In this document: positions 28,200-36,275 of the stretch, piece after piece
How positions within the stretch are numbered: the stretch's first letter is position 1
Layout: each line of letters opens with the position of its first letter
Notes under the pieces: generated by a model
Databases searched by the model: none
What the model saw: only the letters and a program-made list of their open reading frames with translations
Told to the model about the DNA's origin: nothing
DNA from: an uncultured Candidatus Saccharibacteria bacterium
Lineage (GTDB): Bacteria > Patescibacteriota > Minisyncoccia > Phycocordibacterales > CAYSCM01
Direction: 5' to 3'
NCBI GenBank assembly: GCA_964429815.1
Contig: CAYSCM010000001.1
Span: 192,001 to 256,000, forward strand
Length of the DNA: 64,000 nucleotides
Translations under genes and position numbers: made by a program

Positions 28200-28345
28200 C
28201 TGTCTATCCAAAGGCCACGGTTACGAGTAATGATCCAACAATAACAAAATGGCAAAAAAAGAAAATTCTCGAAATTGAGGGAGTTGTGGCGATACGTTGT
28301 TTTTGGTAATTTCTTTGCAGTTGGTCTCAACGAAGGAGAAATGTC

Positions 28346-28846
28346 GTGCAACATGTGCACCCCAAAAGCGGCAAGATCGTCGAAGGACTTCGTCTCGTGC
28401 CAGGCGCTGTCTTCCGGGAGGAGGATCTCTACACTTCCACATCTGGGGACTGGGAGCCATGCCCTATGGACGTCAGCGAAGGGGTAGAGCTAAAACAGAC
28501 CCCAGCTATCTGGATTCGGCCGGGGAATCTGTCCGAACCCGCGCGAACCCTCCTCGCCGTTCTCAGTGACCCAAAAGCCTTTTATTCGTGCGCGATCGAA
28601 TCGACACGAGGAACTGTGGCAGCTCCTGCTCCTCACTGGAACCACGATGGACGCTGGGACTTGCCAATAATTCTTCACCCCGAGTGCCTCCAAGAGCTCG
28701 TCGACGTCGGCTACCTGAAATTCGGCGAACATCCGATCAAGAATTGGGAATCGGATTATGCCGTGTGCCGACCGGAGGGCACCAACAAGGCCTATACGGT
28801 CACAGAAATAGGTAAGCGAAAGGGCGAAGAGCTTCGCACTACGTGA
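28346..28846 (+). CDS. hypothetical protein
   Basis: 166-aa ORF followed directly by a strong bidirectional terminator. Confidence 0.35.
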   Translation: MQHVHPKSGKIVEGLRLVPGAVFREEDLYTSTSGDWEPCPMDVSEGVELKQTPAIWIRPGNLSEPARTLLAVLSDPKAFYSCAIESTRGTVAAPAPHWNHDGRWDLPIILHPECLQELVDVGYLKFGEHPIKNWESDYAVCRPEGTNKAYTVTEIGKRKGEELRTT

Positions 28847-28849
28847 ACC

Positions 28850-28884
28850 AAAAACCCGAGCAGGACTACCTGCTCGGGTTTTCT
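28850..28884. terminator. bidirectional intrinsic terminator (CCCGAGCAG-GACTAC-CTGCTCGGG flanked by A-run and T-run)
   Basis: 9-bp perfect stem between two convergent genes. Confidence 0.7.
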
Positions 28885-29417
28885 TAAAAGTGTATGAGGG
28901 GTTTGCCTTCGGCTCGGTAGCCGATGAGGAACTTGCGCGGGTCGTCGCACATGTCGATGAAATCGTCAACTTCCTCACGCAAGCGCGAGGAAGTTGATTT
29001 GCCGAACGCCATCGCTTCCACCTGGCAGGAACCCTTCAGATACTCGACGAGCGGCACGAAGTCCCCATCCCCGGAGGCGATGATGATGGCGTCGAGCTTC
29101 GGAGCCATCTTGATGGCGTCGACCGCCATGCCCACGTCCCAGTCGGCCTTCTTGGCGCCACCGTAGAAAACCTGGAGGTCCTTTGTTTTCGTCTCGATGC
29201 CGATCTTGGTGAGCGCATCGAAAAACGCCTTCTCCTCCCCGCTCTCCGTGGTGACGACGTAGGCGACGGCGCGCACCAGAATGCGTCCGGCGAGCGCTTC
29301 TTTTAATACGTTTGCGAAATTGACCTTCGCTCGGTAGAGATTCTTGGCGGAGTGATAGAGATTCTGCGTGTCGATGAAAAGGCCGACCCGCTGCGCCTTA
29401 TGTTTAATGATAGCCAT
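28884..29417 (-). CDS. NYN-domain (LabA-like) protein
   Basis: ORF 28884..29483. Probable start at MAIIKHKAQRVGLFIDTQNLY (ATG at 29415..29417). LabA/NYN pattern GLFIDTQNL...IIIASGDGDF. Confidence 0.65.
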   Translation of the reverse strand: MAIIKHKAQRVGLFIDTQNLYHSAKNLYRAKVNFANVLKEALAGRILVRAVAYVVTTESGEEKAFFDALTKIGIETKTKDLQVFYGGAKKADWDVGMAVDAIKMAPKLDAIIIASGDGDFVPLVEYLKGSCQVEAMAFGKSTSSRLREEVDDFIDMCDDPRKFLIGYRAEGKPLIHF

Positions 29418-29529
29418 ATAAATTACTGACAAAACTGCTGTTAAAAAGTGCCTGCTGGCACGACTGCTGACGTTAAAAAACAAGAAAACCTACAAAAAGT
29501 ATACGCCCGAAGCGGCGAAAGGAGAAAAA

Positions 29530-29796
29530 CTACTTCTTAAGGTCGTGTTTCTTCAAGACCGCGTTGTAGAGACGCTTGTTGGTCTTCTCGAGGTAGCGAA
29601 GGTGTGCGCGGCGATCGGCCACCATCTGCAAAAGTCCGCGGCGGGAATGCTTATCCTTCCCATGCTTCCGGAGGTGGCTTGTAAGCTCGTCGATGCGTTT
29701 GGAGAGGAGCGCGACCTGAACCTCCGGGGAGCCGGTATCCGTGTCGTGACGCTTGGTTTCCTTGATTACGTTAGCTTTTTGTCGTTTCGTGAGCAT
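29530..29796 (-). CDS. rpsO: 30S ribosomal protein S15
   Basis: 88 aa. TGSPEVQVALLSKRIDELTSHLRKHGKDKHSRRGLLQMVADRRAHLRYL is canonical S15. Confidence 0.9.
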   Translation of the reverse strand: MLTKRQKANVIKETKRHDTDTGSPEVQVALLSKRIDELTSHLRKHGKDKHSRRGLLQMVADRRAHLRYLEKTNKRLYNAVLKKHDLKK

Positions 29797-29867
29797 AAAT
29801 GCAGAATATCACGCTTTTTTCACCTTTGCAAGACCCTCGAAAGAAAAGAGGGCTCACCGAGAGCCCT

Positions 29868-30059
29868 CTAAGCGGCACGTGGAAGCGGGATAACCTTGAT
29901 GTACTCGGCGCACCCCGGGGATTCGACCACAGTGGCGAGGCGGTGATTTGCCTCGCTGCAACCACAGTGCACACAGAGGCCTTCGCGCAGTCTCCGAGCA
30001 AGTTCGTCGAGGTATTCGGGCGACAGATCATAACCGCGGAGTTTCAGCATGGCCACCTC
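29868..30059 (-). CDS. small hypothetical protein with CVHCGC motif
   Basis: 60-aa ORF MLKLRGYDLSPEYL... with strong RBS GGGAGGTG 6 nt upstream of the ATG at 30059. Confidence 0.3.
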   Translation of the reverse strand, partial: EVAMLKLRGYDLSPEYLDELARRLREGLCVHCGCSEANHRLATVVESPGCAEYIKVIPLPRAA

Positions 30060-30220
30060 CCTCAATCCTATGTATAAGTGTAGCGCTTGGATCGTGAGCG
30101 CTCTAGATATTTGTGTGTAAAAGCAAGCGGCCCCCACCGGGTTGCTTGCAATATTTTGCATCAGATAAAAGAATTGTCAAGTATATTGTGCGACGTTTGC
30201 GTTAGCTGCACAATATCCCT

Positions 30221-31132
30221 ATGGCCGACCTTGAGACGCTCAAACGCCAGTTCCTCGAACACCTTGAGATAGAAAAGGGCCGCTCGCTCAAGACGATCGA
30301 AAATTACGATCGCTACCTCTCGCGCTTCCTCGATTTCACCAAAACGAAATCCCCCAAAAGCATCTCGGACGATTCGGTGCGAGAATTCCGGCTTTGGCTC
30401 AACCGCCAGCCAGGCGGCGGCAACGAGACGCTCAAGCGCAAGACGCAAAACTACTACCTCATCGCGCTTCGCGCGTTCCTCAAGTACTTGCGCAAGCGCG
30501 GCATTGAGTCCATCTCCCCGGAGCGCATCGAGCTTGCCAAAGTATCGCAGCGGGAACTCGATCTCATTTCAGGAAGCGAACTCGAGCGTTTGATGAAAGC
30601 ACCGGAAGAGAACACTCTCTCTTCCCTTCGCGATCGCGCCATCCTTGAGCTTCTTTTTTCGACCGGATTGCGGGTGTCAGAGCTCACCTCGCTCAATGCC
30701 GACATCGACTTGGGGAGCGACGAGCTTTCCGTGCGCGGCAAGGGCGAAAAAATACGCGTGGTGTTTCTCTCCCCCTCAGCCAAAGATGCCCTGAAAAAGT
30801 ACCTCGCGAAACGAAAGGACATGGACGAAGCGCTCTTCGTGCAGATGGGAAAAAACGCTAAAGGAGTGAGTGAACTTCGCCTCACCCCGCGCTCCGTCGA
30901 GCGGCTCGTGAAACGCTACGCGATAAAGGCCGGCATCACGCGCAAGGTGACCCCGCATGTCATCCGTCACTCCTTCGCCACCGACCTTCTTCATAATGGC
31001 GCGGACCTTCGAAGTGTGCAGGCGATGCTCGGGCACGCCAACATCGCGACGACGCAGGTCTACACACATGTTACCGACAAGCACCTACGAGACATTCACA
31101 AACATTTTCACGGGCGTAAGCGTCGCTCCTAA
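30221..31132 (+). CDS. xerD: tyrosine site-specific recombinase XerC/XerD family
   Basis: 303 aa. Catalytic region HVIRHSFATDLLHNGADLRSVQAMLGHANIATTQVYTHV with the R..H..R..Y signature and an N-terminal SAM-like domain. Confidence 0.85.
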   Translation: MADLETLKRQFLEHLEIEKGRSLKTIENYDRYLSRFLDFTKTKSPKSISDDSVREFRLWLNRQPGGGNETLKRKTQNYYLIALRAFLKYLRKRGIESISPERIELAKVSQRELDLISGSELERLMKAPEENTLSSLRDRAILELLFSTGLRVSELTSLNADIDLGSDELSVRGKGEKIRVVFLSPSAKDALKKYLAKRKDMDEALFVQMGKNAKGVSELRLTPRSVERLVKRYAIKAGITRKVTPHVIRHSFATDLLHNGADLRSVQAMLGHANIATTQVYTHVTDKHLRDIHKHFHGRKRRS

Positions 31133-31209
31133 CAAAAAAACCGCGTGCCGGGGAGGGTTCCCAAAACACGCGGTGCGTCCAGTTACGGCAAGGGCGGACG
31201 CAAGTACCC

Positions 31210-31605
31210 CTACTCTATCACGCGATACGTCGGCCTCCCTTGTACGCGGGAGGGGTTGCGGACGGCTATCGTGCAGCGCGCCTTCACTGCGCCGCCTTTC
31301 TCCCAAAACGGCACGCGCTGCGATACCGCCTCGCCACGAGTGAGCGTTTGTCTAAGGAGCGGAAGTGGTCCTGTCCACATGCTGCGCGTGCCTTCCATAA
31401 CGATGCAGGTCTTGATCGATACCCTCACGGTATCGCTCGAGCCGTTTTCGAACACGAGGCGTGTCGTGCCAGAGAGCGTGCATACAAGGACGGTAATGCG
31501 GAGGTCAGTGCTCACCCCTGGTTGACAGCGCCACGAGGGCGATGCGACGGTCTGCTGCGAGAGGACGATAAGAGCGAGAATAGAGAGCGGGAACATACAG
31601 CGCAC
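31210..31605 (-). CDS. small secreted hypothetical protein (GTG start)
   Basis: 131 aa. RBS AAGGAGG 5 nt upstream of GTG. Signal peptide MRCMFPLSILALIVLSQQTVASP. Confidence 0.4.
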   Translation of the reverse strand: MRCMFPLSILALIVLSQQTVASPSWRCQPGVSTDLRITVLVCTLSGTTRLVFENGSSDTVRVSIKTCIVMEGTRSMWTGPLPLLRQTLTRGEAVSQRVPFWEKGGAVKARCTIAVRNPSRVQGRPTYRVIE

Positions 31606-31678
31606 GGGTACCTCCTTATGCGAACCGCTCCCACCTTACCATAGCGGCACCGTAAAAGAAGAAGCCCGCTTTCGCGGG

Positions 31679-32197
31679 CTACGTACAGGTCGGAAAGCGG
31701 CGCATTTTTTCAAGGATATGCTCCTCCCGCTCCCTGCTCTTGCCGAAAAGTTTGAGGTGCTTCTCGCTTGCGTGCAGCATCTGCTCACGGACGAGCGAGA
31801 GACGCACCATCTGGGCGAGGAGCTCTTCGAGCCCGAGGCCCTCGGGAAGGGGAACGGTCTTGTTGAGCTTCTCCAAATCGAGTCCGCGGTCGCGCGCAAG
31901 CATCCAAAAGAGGTGTGCCGCGGCGAGCATGCGGTCGGTCTCTCGCCGCTGCTCCTCGTAGTCTCTCGAGAGAAGAAACCACTCCTGGCGCTGGAAGCGA
32001 ATGTCCTCGGGCGTGCAACCGCGCCGGGCAAGAGCCACAGGATCTATCTGCTTTGGTTCGTCAGGCTTGGTCTCGTCGACCGTGGTCGCCAGAACGTATT
32101 TGAGACGCAACAGGTCCATAGGACCCGGCGACAAGCTCCCGTACAGAACGCCGCAGCAGGCCGCTACGGCGAGGATAGTGAACACCTTTCGCATCAT
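31679..32197 (-). CDS. secreted hypothetical protein
   Basis: ORF 31679..32221. Likely start MMRKVFTILAVAACCG with RBS GGGGAGG. Signal peptide then charged helical protein. Confidence 0.4.
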   Translation of the reverse strand: MMRKVFTILAVAACCGVLYGSLSPGPMDLLRLKYVLATTVDETKPDEPKQIDPVALARRGCTPEDIRFQRQEWFLLSRDYEEQRRETDRMLAAAHLFWMLARDRGLDLEKLNKTVPLPEGLGLEELLAQMVRLSLVREQMLHASEKHLKLFGKSREREEHILEKMRRFPTCT

Positions 32198-32301
32198 GGG
32201 GTTCCTCCCCGTTTCCTTCATATACTGAACCGCCGCGAGCCTTTTTTGTCAAAAGCATTCGGTGCGTTTGCAATCGCCCGACATACCGGTAGCATGTAGC
32301 T

Positions 32302-33099
32302 ATGAAAATTTTTTCCTGGAACGTGAACGGCCTGCGCGCAGTGCATCGAAAAAATCTTTTCATACCGTTCATCGAGAGATACGATCCCGACATTCTCTGT
32401 CTCCAAGAGACCAAAGCGCAGCAGCATGAGTCGGTTATCGATTTGCCACAGTACGAAGAGTATTGGAATTCCGCCGAGAAAAAAGGATACAGCGGCACGG
32501 CGATTTTCACGAAAGAAAAACCGAAAAAAGTTATGTTAGGGCTGCCGGAAGATTTGGAGAAGAAGTACCGTCTCCACAATGACGGCTACGGAGATCCAAA
32601 CAAAGAGGGGCGCATCGTCGTTGCTGAGTACAAAACATTTTTTGTGGTGTCGGTGTACACGCCAAACGCCAAGGATGATCTCTCGCGTCTCTCGCTGCGG
32701 CACAAACAGTGGGACCCGGCATTTCTTGCGTACATGAAACGTTTGGAGCGAGAAAAACCTGTCATTTTTTGCGGAGATCTCAACGTCGCTCATACCCCCG
32801 ATGACTTGGCGCGTCCAAAAGAAAATGAAGGCAATAAAGGTTTCACGAAAGAAGAGCGCGAAGGGATACAGGCCCTCGTCGACGCGGGCTTCGTCGACAC
32901 GTTCCGCCTCTTCACCAAAGGCAACGGGCACTACAGTTGGTGGAGCCACTTCGCGGACGCCCGCGCGCGCAATGTCGGTTGGCGCATCGATTACGTATTC
33001 GTTTCACCGGTGCTAGGCGGAAAGGTGAAGAAAACATATCTTGAGTCGAAGGTCATGGGGTCCGATCACTGCCCTGTCGGGATAGAAATCGCGGTTTAG
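32302..33099 (+). CDS. xth: exodeoxyribonuclease III (AP endonuclease)
   Basis: 265 aa. MKIFSWNVNGLRA...LCLQETK...GDLNVAH...SDHCPV are canonical Xth/APE1 motifs. Confidence 0.9.
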   Translation: MKIFSWNVNGLRAVHRKNLFIPFIERYDPDILCLQETKAQQHESVIDLPQYEEYWNSAEKKGYSGTAIFTKEKPKKVMLGLPEDLEKKYRLHNDGYGDPNKEGRIVVAEYKTFFVVSVYTPNAKDDLSRLSLRHKQWDPAFLAYMKRLEREKPVIFCGDLNVAHTPDDLARPKENEGNKGFTKEEREGIQALVDAGFVDTFRLFTKGNGHYSWWSHFADARARNVGWRIDYVFVSPVLGGKVKKTYLESKVMGSDHCPVGIEIAV

Positions 33100-33444
33100 G
33101 CCTCAATTGCGGCTTATTCTTTCGGACAATCCACACGTTGTCCTTTACGAGTGGTGATGCTTTGCATACAATGGTTAGCGGAGAACATGCGGTGTCATTA
33201 AGTTCTTTCTAGAGTTCTTTAACGTTTTTCCAGTTCTTTCCGTGCGCTCCGAGAGACAGTGCGTGAACGGCACGTTCACTACGATACATATACCTCCAAG
33301 CTTTAACACTTTTGTACTCACAGGTATGATGTACGGGCTCTGACGTCCCGCTCAAACACTCTCTTACGAAGCAACAATAAAAGCCGTTCAGGCGCAAATC
33401 TCCACCCGAAGTCGCCATGGGCGGCTTTTTTCTTTGCCTATTTT

Positions 33445-34977
33445 CTAGGAAACGTGGTAGCGTCCGCGAATTTTTTTTATCTCCTCCCCTTCCGCCTCAG
33501 CCTTTTTCTCTTTACCGCTATCACCTAACTTTTTTAGTTCTGCTTCCGAAAGCTTCACTAATTCTTTCGAACGCGATTCAAGATACTCCGCTGAATTTTT
33601 TTTCGGGTCATCGAGTACTTCTTCCAAAAGTGCGTGCAGAACGAATCCTATTTTTGGCCCGGGCTTTTCATTCGTCACCTCCATTACCTTCACCCCATCG
33701 ATTTTGAGCATGCCCACGGAGATCGGATCGCGCAACGCCTCCTCGACCATCGATTGATATTTACGAAATCGAAAGGGTTGTTCTTTCGGTCGGCCCGTGC
33801 CGATGCGATCACACACGCGCAGATTCATAAGATCCCAAATATTTTCCGGTCCGACATTTCTAATGACGCGACGCACTGCGGAAAGTGTTATTTTTTCTGG
33901 ATCGGAAAAAAACATGTGCCAACGAACAAGCTCCACAACCTTACTGATGGTGTCGCTCGGAAAGCGCAGGTCGGTGAGGATTTTTTTAGTACGCTTCGCG
34001 CCAACTACGTCGTGGCCGTAAAAAGTCCAGTCTTTTTTTTCATCCGACCAGCGTCTCGTCTCCGGTTTAGCTATGTCGTGAAAAAGCCCCGCCAGGCGAA
34101 GATCGAGCGACCACCCTTTATCTGCCGCGTGCTGAAGGGTGCGTAAGTTATGCTCAAAAACGTCGAATTTGTGGGCTTGATTTTGATCTACCCCGATACC
34201 CTGCTCGAGCTCCCCCGCGATGAAGGGCAGGACCTTGAGTTTCTCTGCCAGCCAGAGACCTTGGGCGGGACTATCCGTTTGAAGAATGCGGACAAACTCG
34301 TCTCGAATACGCTCCTTCGATATCTTGGAGAGGCTTCTGGCACTTTGTTCTATGGCTGCCGCCGTCCTCTCTTCTAGAGAGAAGGTAAGGTCGGTCGCTA
34401 TGCGAATAGCGCGAAGCATGCGAAGCGCATCCTCGGCGAAGCGGTCTGCTGGCTCTCCCACTGCACGAACGAGTTTCTTTTTAAGATCCACTTCCCCCTC
34501 AAAATGGTCGACAACCTCTCCGGTATGGGGGTTTAGCGCGAGTGCATTTATGGTGAAATCGCGGCGCTTGAGATCTTCTTCGAGTGTGGCACCAAATTCA
34601 ACCGAATCAGGGCGGCGGGCATCCGAGTACTTCCCCTCCCGTCGGTATGGGGTTACCTCGATAACCTTCAGACGAAGGTCGACGGCCTCCTCGTTCACTA
34701 CCCCCACTGTGCCGAATTCATTGGTGTAGAAGGTATTAGAAAACAACTTCTGTATTTCCTCGGGACGGGCATTCGTCGCCACGTCCCAATCTTTTGGTTC
34801 GCGTCCGAGGAGGAGGTCGCGTACGCAGCCACCGACGATGTAGGCCTCAAAACCGGCCTTTTCTAGGGCTTCAGTGACAGCGAGCACCTCATGTGGGATG
34901 GAAACGTCGTGCGATTTTGGCACCCCTGCATTATACGTGTTTTCCCATAAGCTCACTTTGTCGTAGTATGGCCTCAC
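33445..34977 (-). CDS. cca: CCA-adding tRNA nucleotidyltransferase with HD domain
   Basis: 510 aa. GGCVRDLLLGREPKDWDVAT polymerase-beta NTase motif, RDFTINALA, and HD-domain HDIAKP. Confidence 0.85.
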   Translation of the reverse strand: MRPYYDKVSLWENTYNAGVPKSHDVSIPHEVLAVTEALEKAGFEAYIVGGCVRDLLLGREPKDWDVATNARPEEIQKLFSNTFYTNEFGTVGVVNEEAVDLRLKVIEVTPYRREGKYSDARRPDSVEFGATLEEDLKRRDFTINALALNPHTGEVVDHFEGEVDLKKKLVRAVGEPADRFAEDALRMLRAIRIATDLTFSLEERTAAAIEQSARSLSKISKERIRDEFVRILQTDSPAQGLWLAEKLKVLPFIAGELEQGIGVDQNQAHKFDVFEHNLRTLQHAADKGWSLDLRLAGLFHDIAKPETRRWSDEKKDWTFYGHDVVGAKRTKKILTDLRFPSDTISKVVELVRWHMFFSDPEKITLSAVRRVIRNVGPENIWDLMNLRVCDRIGTGRPKEQPFRFRKYQSMVEEALRDPISVGMLKIDGVKVMEVTNEKPGPKIGFVLHALLEEVLDDPKKNSAEYLESRSKELVKLSEAELKKLGDSGKEKKAEAEGEEIKKIRGRYHVS

Positions 34978-34978
34978 T

Positions 34979-35050
34979 GCCCCCGTGGTGAAATGGATAT
35001 CACAACTGGCTTCGGACCAGTTATTGTGGGTTCGAGTCCTGCCGGGGGCG
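34979..35050 (+). tRNA. tRNA-Arg (anticodon UCG)
   Basis: Manual cloverleaf. Acceptor GCCCCCG/CGGGGGC, D-stem GUGA/UCAC, anticodon stem ACUGG/CCAGU with loop CUUCGGA, T-arm GUGGG-UUCGAGU-CCUGC, discriminator G, no encoded CCA. Confidence 0.85.
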
Positions 35051-35253
35051 CAAACGGCACAAAACGCGGTGCATTTTGCGCGTTTGCGCCAGGCGGAGCG
35101 ATGTTTTGCGAGTACACAAAACCGTGAGCCGAGGCCGCGAAAATTCTGAGCGACGACGAAAAACTATTTTTGTGACCGCCTCGGCGTCGGGTGACAGATT
35201 CTAGATTGAGAAAGCACTGACGCGTGCTATAGTTTCCCCGAAGTATAAAGCAG

Positions 35254-35324
35254 GCGGCCATAGTTTAGTGGTAGGACGGATCCTTGCCAAGGATCAGGTG
35301 GGAGTTCGATTCTCCCTGGCCGCA
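35254..35324 (+). tRNA. tRNA-Gly (anticodon GCC)
   Basis: Manual cloverleaf. Acceptor GCGGCCA/UGGCCGC, anticodon stem GGAUC/GAUCC with loop UUGCCAA, T-arm GGGAG-UUCGAUU-CUCCC, discriminator A. Confidence 0.85.
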
Positions 35325-35348
35325 CAAAAGGACACTTCCCTACGGGGT

Positions 35349-35363
35349 CAGGGAGAATCGAAC
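35349..35363. repeat. inverted copy (CAGGGAGAATCGAAC) of the tRNA-Gly T-arm/3' segment GTTCGATTCTCCCTG (35304..35318)
   Basis: 15-nt perfect reverse complement 30 nt downstream of the tRNA. Confidence 0.6.
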
Positions 35364-35462
35364 GGGAAGGGGTCGGGAAACGGCAGTTTCCCGCGGAGGC
35401 GGAGGAAGGCAGGCAAAGCCTCTGGAAAACCTGGGTTTCCAGAGAGTGAGATAGCGGGGCGT

Positions 35463-35479
35463 CTCCCTGGCCGCACAAT
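35463..35479 (+). repeat. 17-nt direct repeat of the tRNA-Gly(GCC) 3' end (TCTCCCTGGCCGCACAA, identical to 35311..35327)
   Basis: Exact 17-nt match 152 nt downstream of the tRNA. Resembles an att-site duplication left by tRNA-targeting integration. Confidence 0.6.
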
Positions 35480-35610
35480 ACGTAATAAACTTTTCTTACA
35501 TGGCCTGTCTCATAGAAAACTCATAATTTGAGCGTTTCTGTGGATAAATCTGTGAGTATGTGTATTAAGGACAGTCCTATAACCAAAGAATGGCTTTAAA
35601 TCCGTAAAAG

Positions 35611-35656
35611 TTTCACGTGAAAATTAGTTACACGTGAAAATGTTACATGTGAAATG
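35611..35656 (+). repeat. three direct repeats TT(T/A)CACGTGAAAAT at 16-17-bp spacing upstream of the yraN-like gene
   Basis: tttCACGTGaaaat / ttaCACGTGaaaat / ttaCATGTGaaat. Confidence 0.5.
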
Positions 35657-35666
35657 GCAATCCACA

Positions 35667-36047
35667 ATGAACGAACTGGGAAGACTCGGAGAGGACATTG
35701 TTTGCCGCTATCTTTCTGATAGGGGGTATCGGATTGTTTCAAGGAACTATCGTAAAAAGTGGGGTGAAATTGATGTAATTACGACTAAGGGCGGAATCCT
35801 CCATTTCATTGAAGTTAAAGCTGTTTCGCGTGAAAATCTTGACTCAATTTCACAAGAAACAAATTCCTATCGTCCAGAGGACAATGCTCATCCGGAAAAG
35901 CTCAGACGCCTTGCAAGAACCGTTGAAACATATTTACTGGAAAAAGGTGTAGAAGGTGGGCAGTGGAGATTTGATGTTGCGGCTGTCTATATCGATCAGA
36001 GGAAAAAGAAGGCAAAAGTTTCTCTTCTCGAGAACGTTATTTTATAG
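35667..36047 (+). CDS. yraN: YraN-family (UPF0102) putative endonuclease
   Basis: ORF 35634..36047 with likely start MNELGRLGEDIVCRYL. Motif GEIDVI...FIEVKA typical of YraN. Confidence 0.6.
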   Translation: MNELGRLGEDIVCRYLSDRGYRIVSRNYRKKWGEIDVITTKGGILHFIEVKAVSRENLDSISQETNSYRPEDNAHPEKLRRLARTVETYLLEKGVEGGQWRFDVAAVYIDQRKKKAKVSLLENVIL

Positions 36048-36104
36048 GACATTATTAAGGACATGTCTTTTGGCGCTCAACCGTGCTATGATTTTGCCAA
36101 CCAT

Positions 36105-36146
36105 GGGGCGTGGTGTAACGGCTAACATACCCGCGTGGGGAGCGGT
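36105..36146 (+). repeat. partial duplicate (5' half: acceptor, D-arm and anticodon stem) of the downstream tRNA-Pro; pseudo-tRNA fragment
   Basis: 30 nt identical (GGGGCGTGGTGTAACGGCTAACATACCCGC) to 36167..36196, then diverges. No T-arm can form. Confidence 0.6.
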
Positions 36147-36165
36147 TTTCCTTCGAGTTCTTCGT

Positions 36166-36238
36166 CGGGGCGTGGTGTAACGGCTAACATACCCGCTTTG
36201 GGAGCGGGCGACTCCCGGTTCGAATCCGGGCGCCCCGA
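36166..36238 (+). tRNA. tRNA-Pro (anticodon UGG) with C1-G72 base pair and A73 discriminator
   Basis: Manual cloverleaf. Acceptor CGGGGCG/CGCCCCG, anticodon stem CCCGC/GCGGG with loop UUUGGGA, T-arm CCCGG-UUCGAAU-CCGGG. C1:G72 is a known bacterial tRNA-Pro identity feature. Confidence 0.85.
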
Positions 36239-36275
36239 CGAAGCATTTGAATAGACGCGCTTAAGCATGTCTTTT

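Noticed and set aside
27276-28244. 322-aa plus-strand ORF
   Set aside because: Antisense to pnp, which has unambiguous conserved domains. Composition is typical of shadow ORFs in GC-rich DNA.
33209-33418. 69-aa minus-strand ORF between xth and cca
   Set aside because: No RBS, odd composition (Cys/Tyr-rich random-looking). Region more likely non-coding.
30221-36240. XerD-like recombinase plus downstream tRNA-end duplications as one integrated mobile element
   Set aside because: The recombinase has the housekeeping XerC/D architecture. It is separated from the tRNA scars by core genes (xth, cca). No matching att repeat flanks it, so it is treated as chromosomal dimer-resolution XerD.
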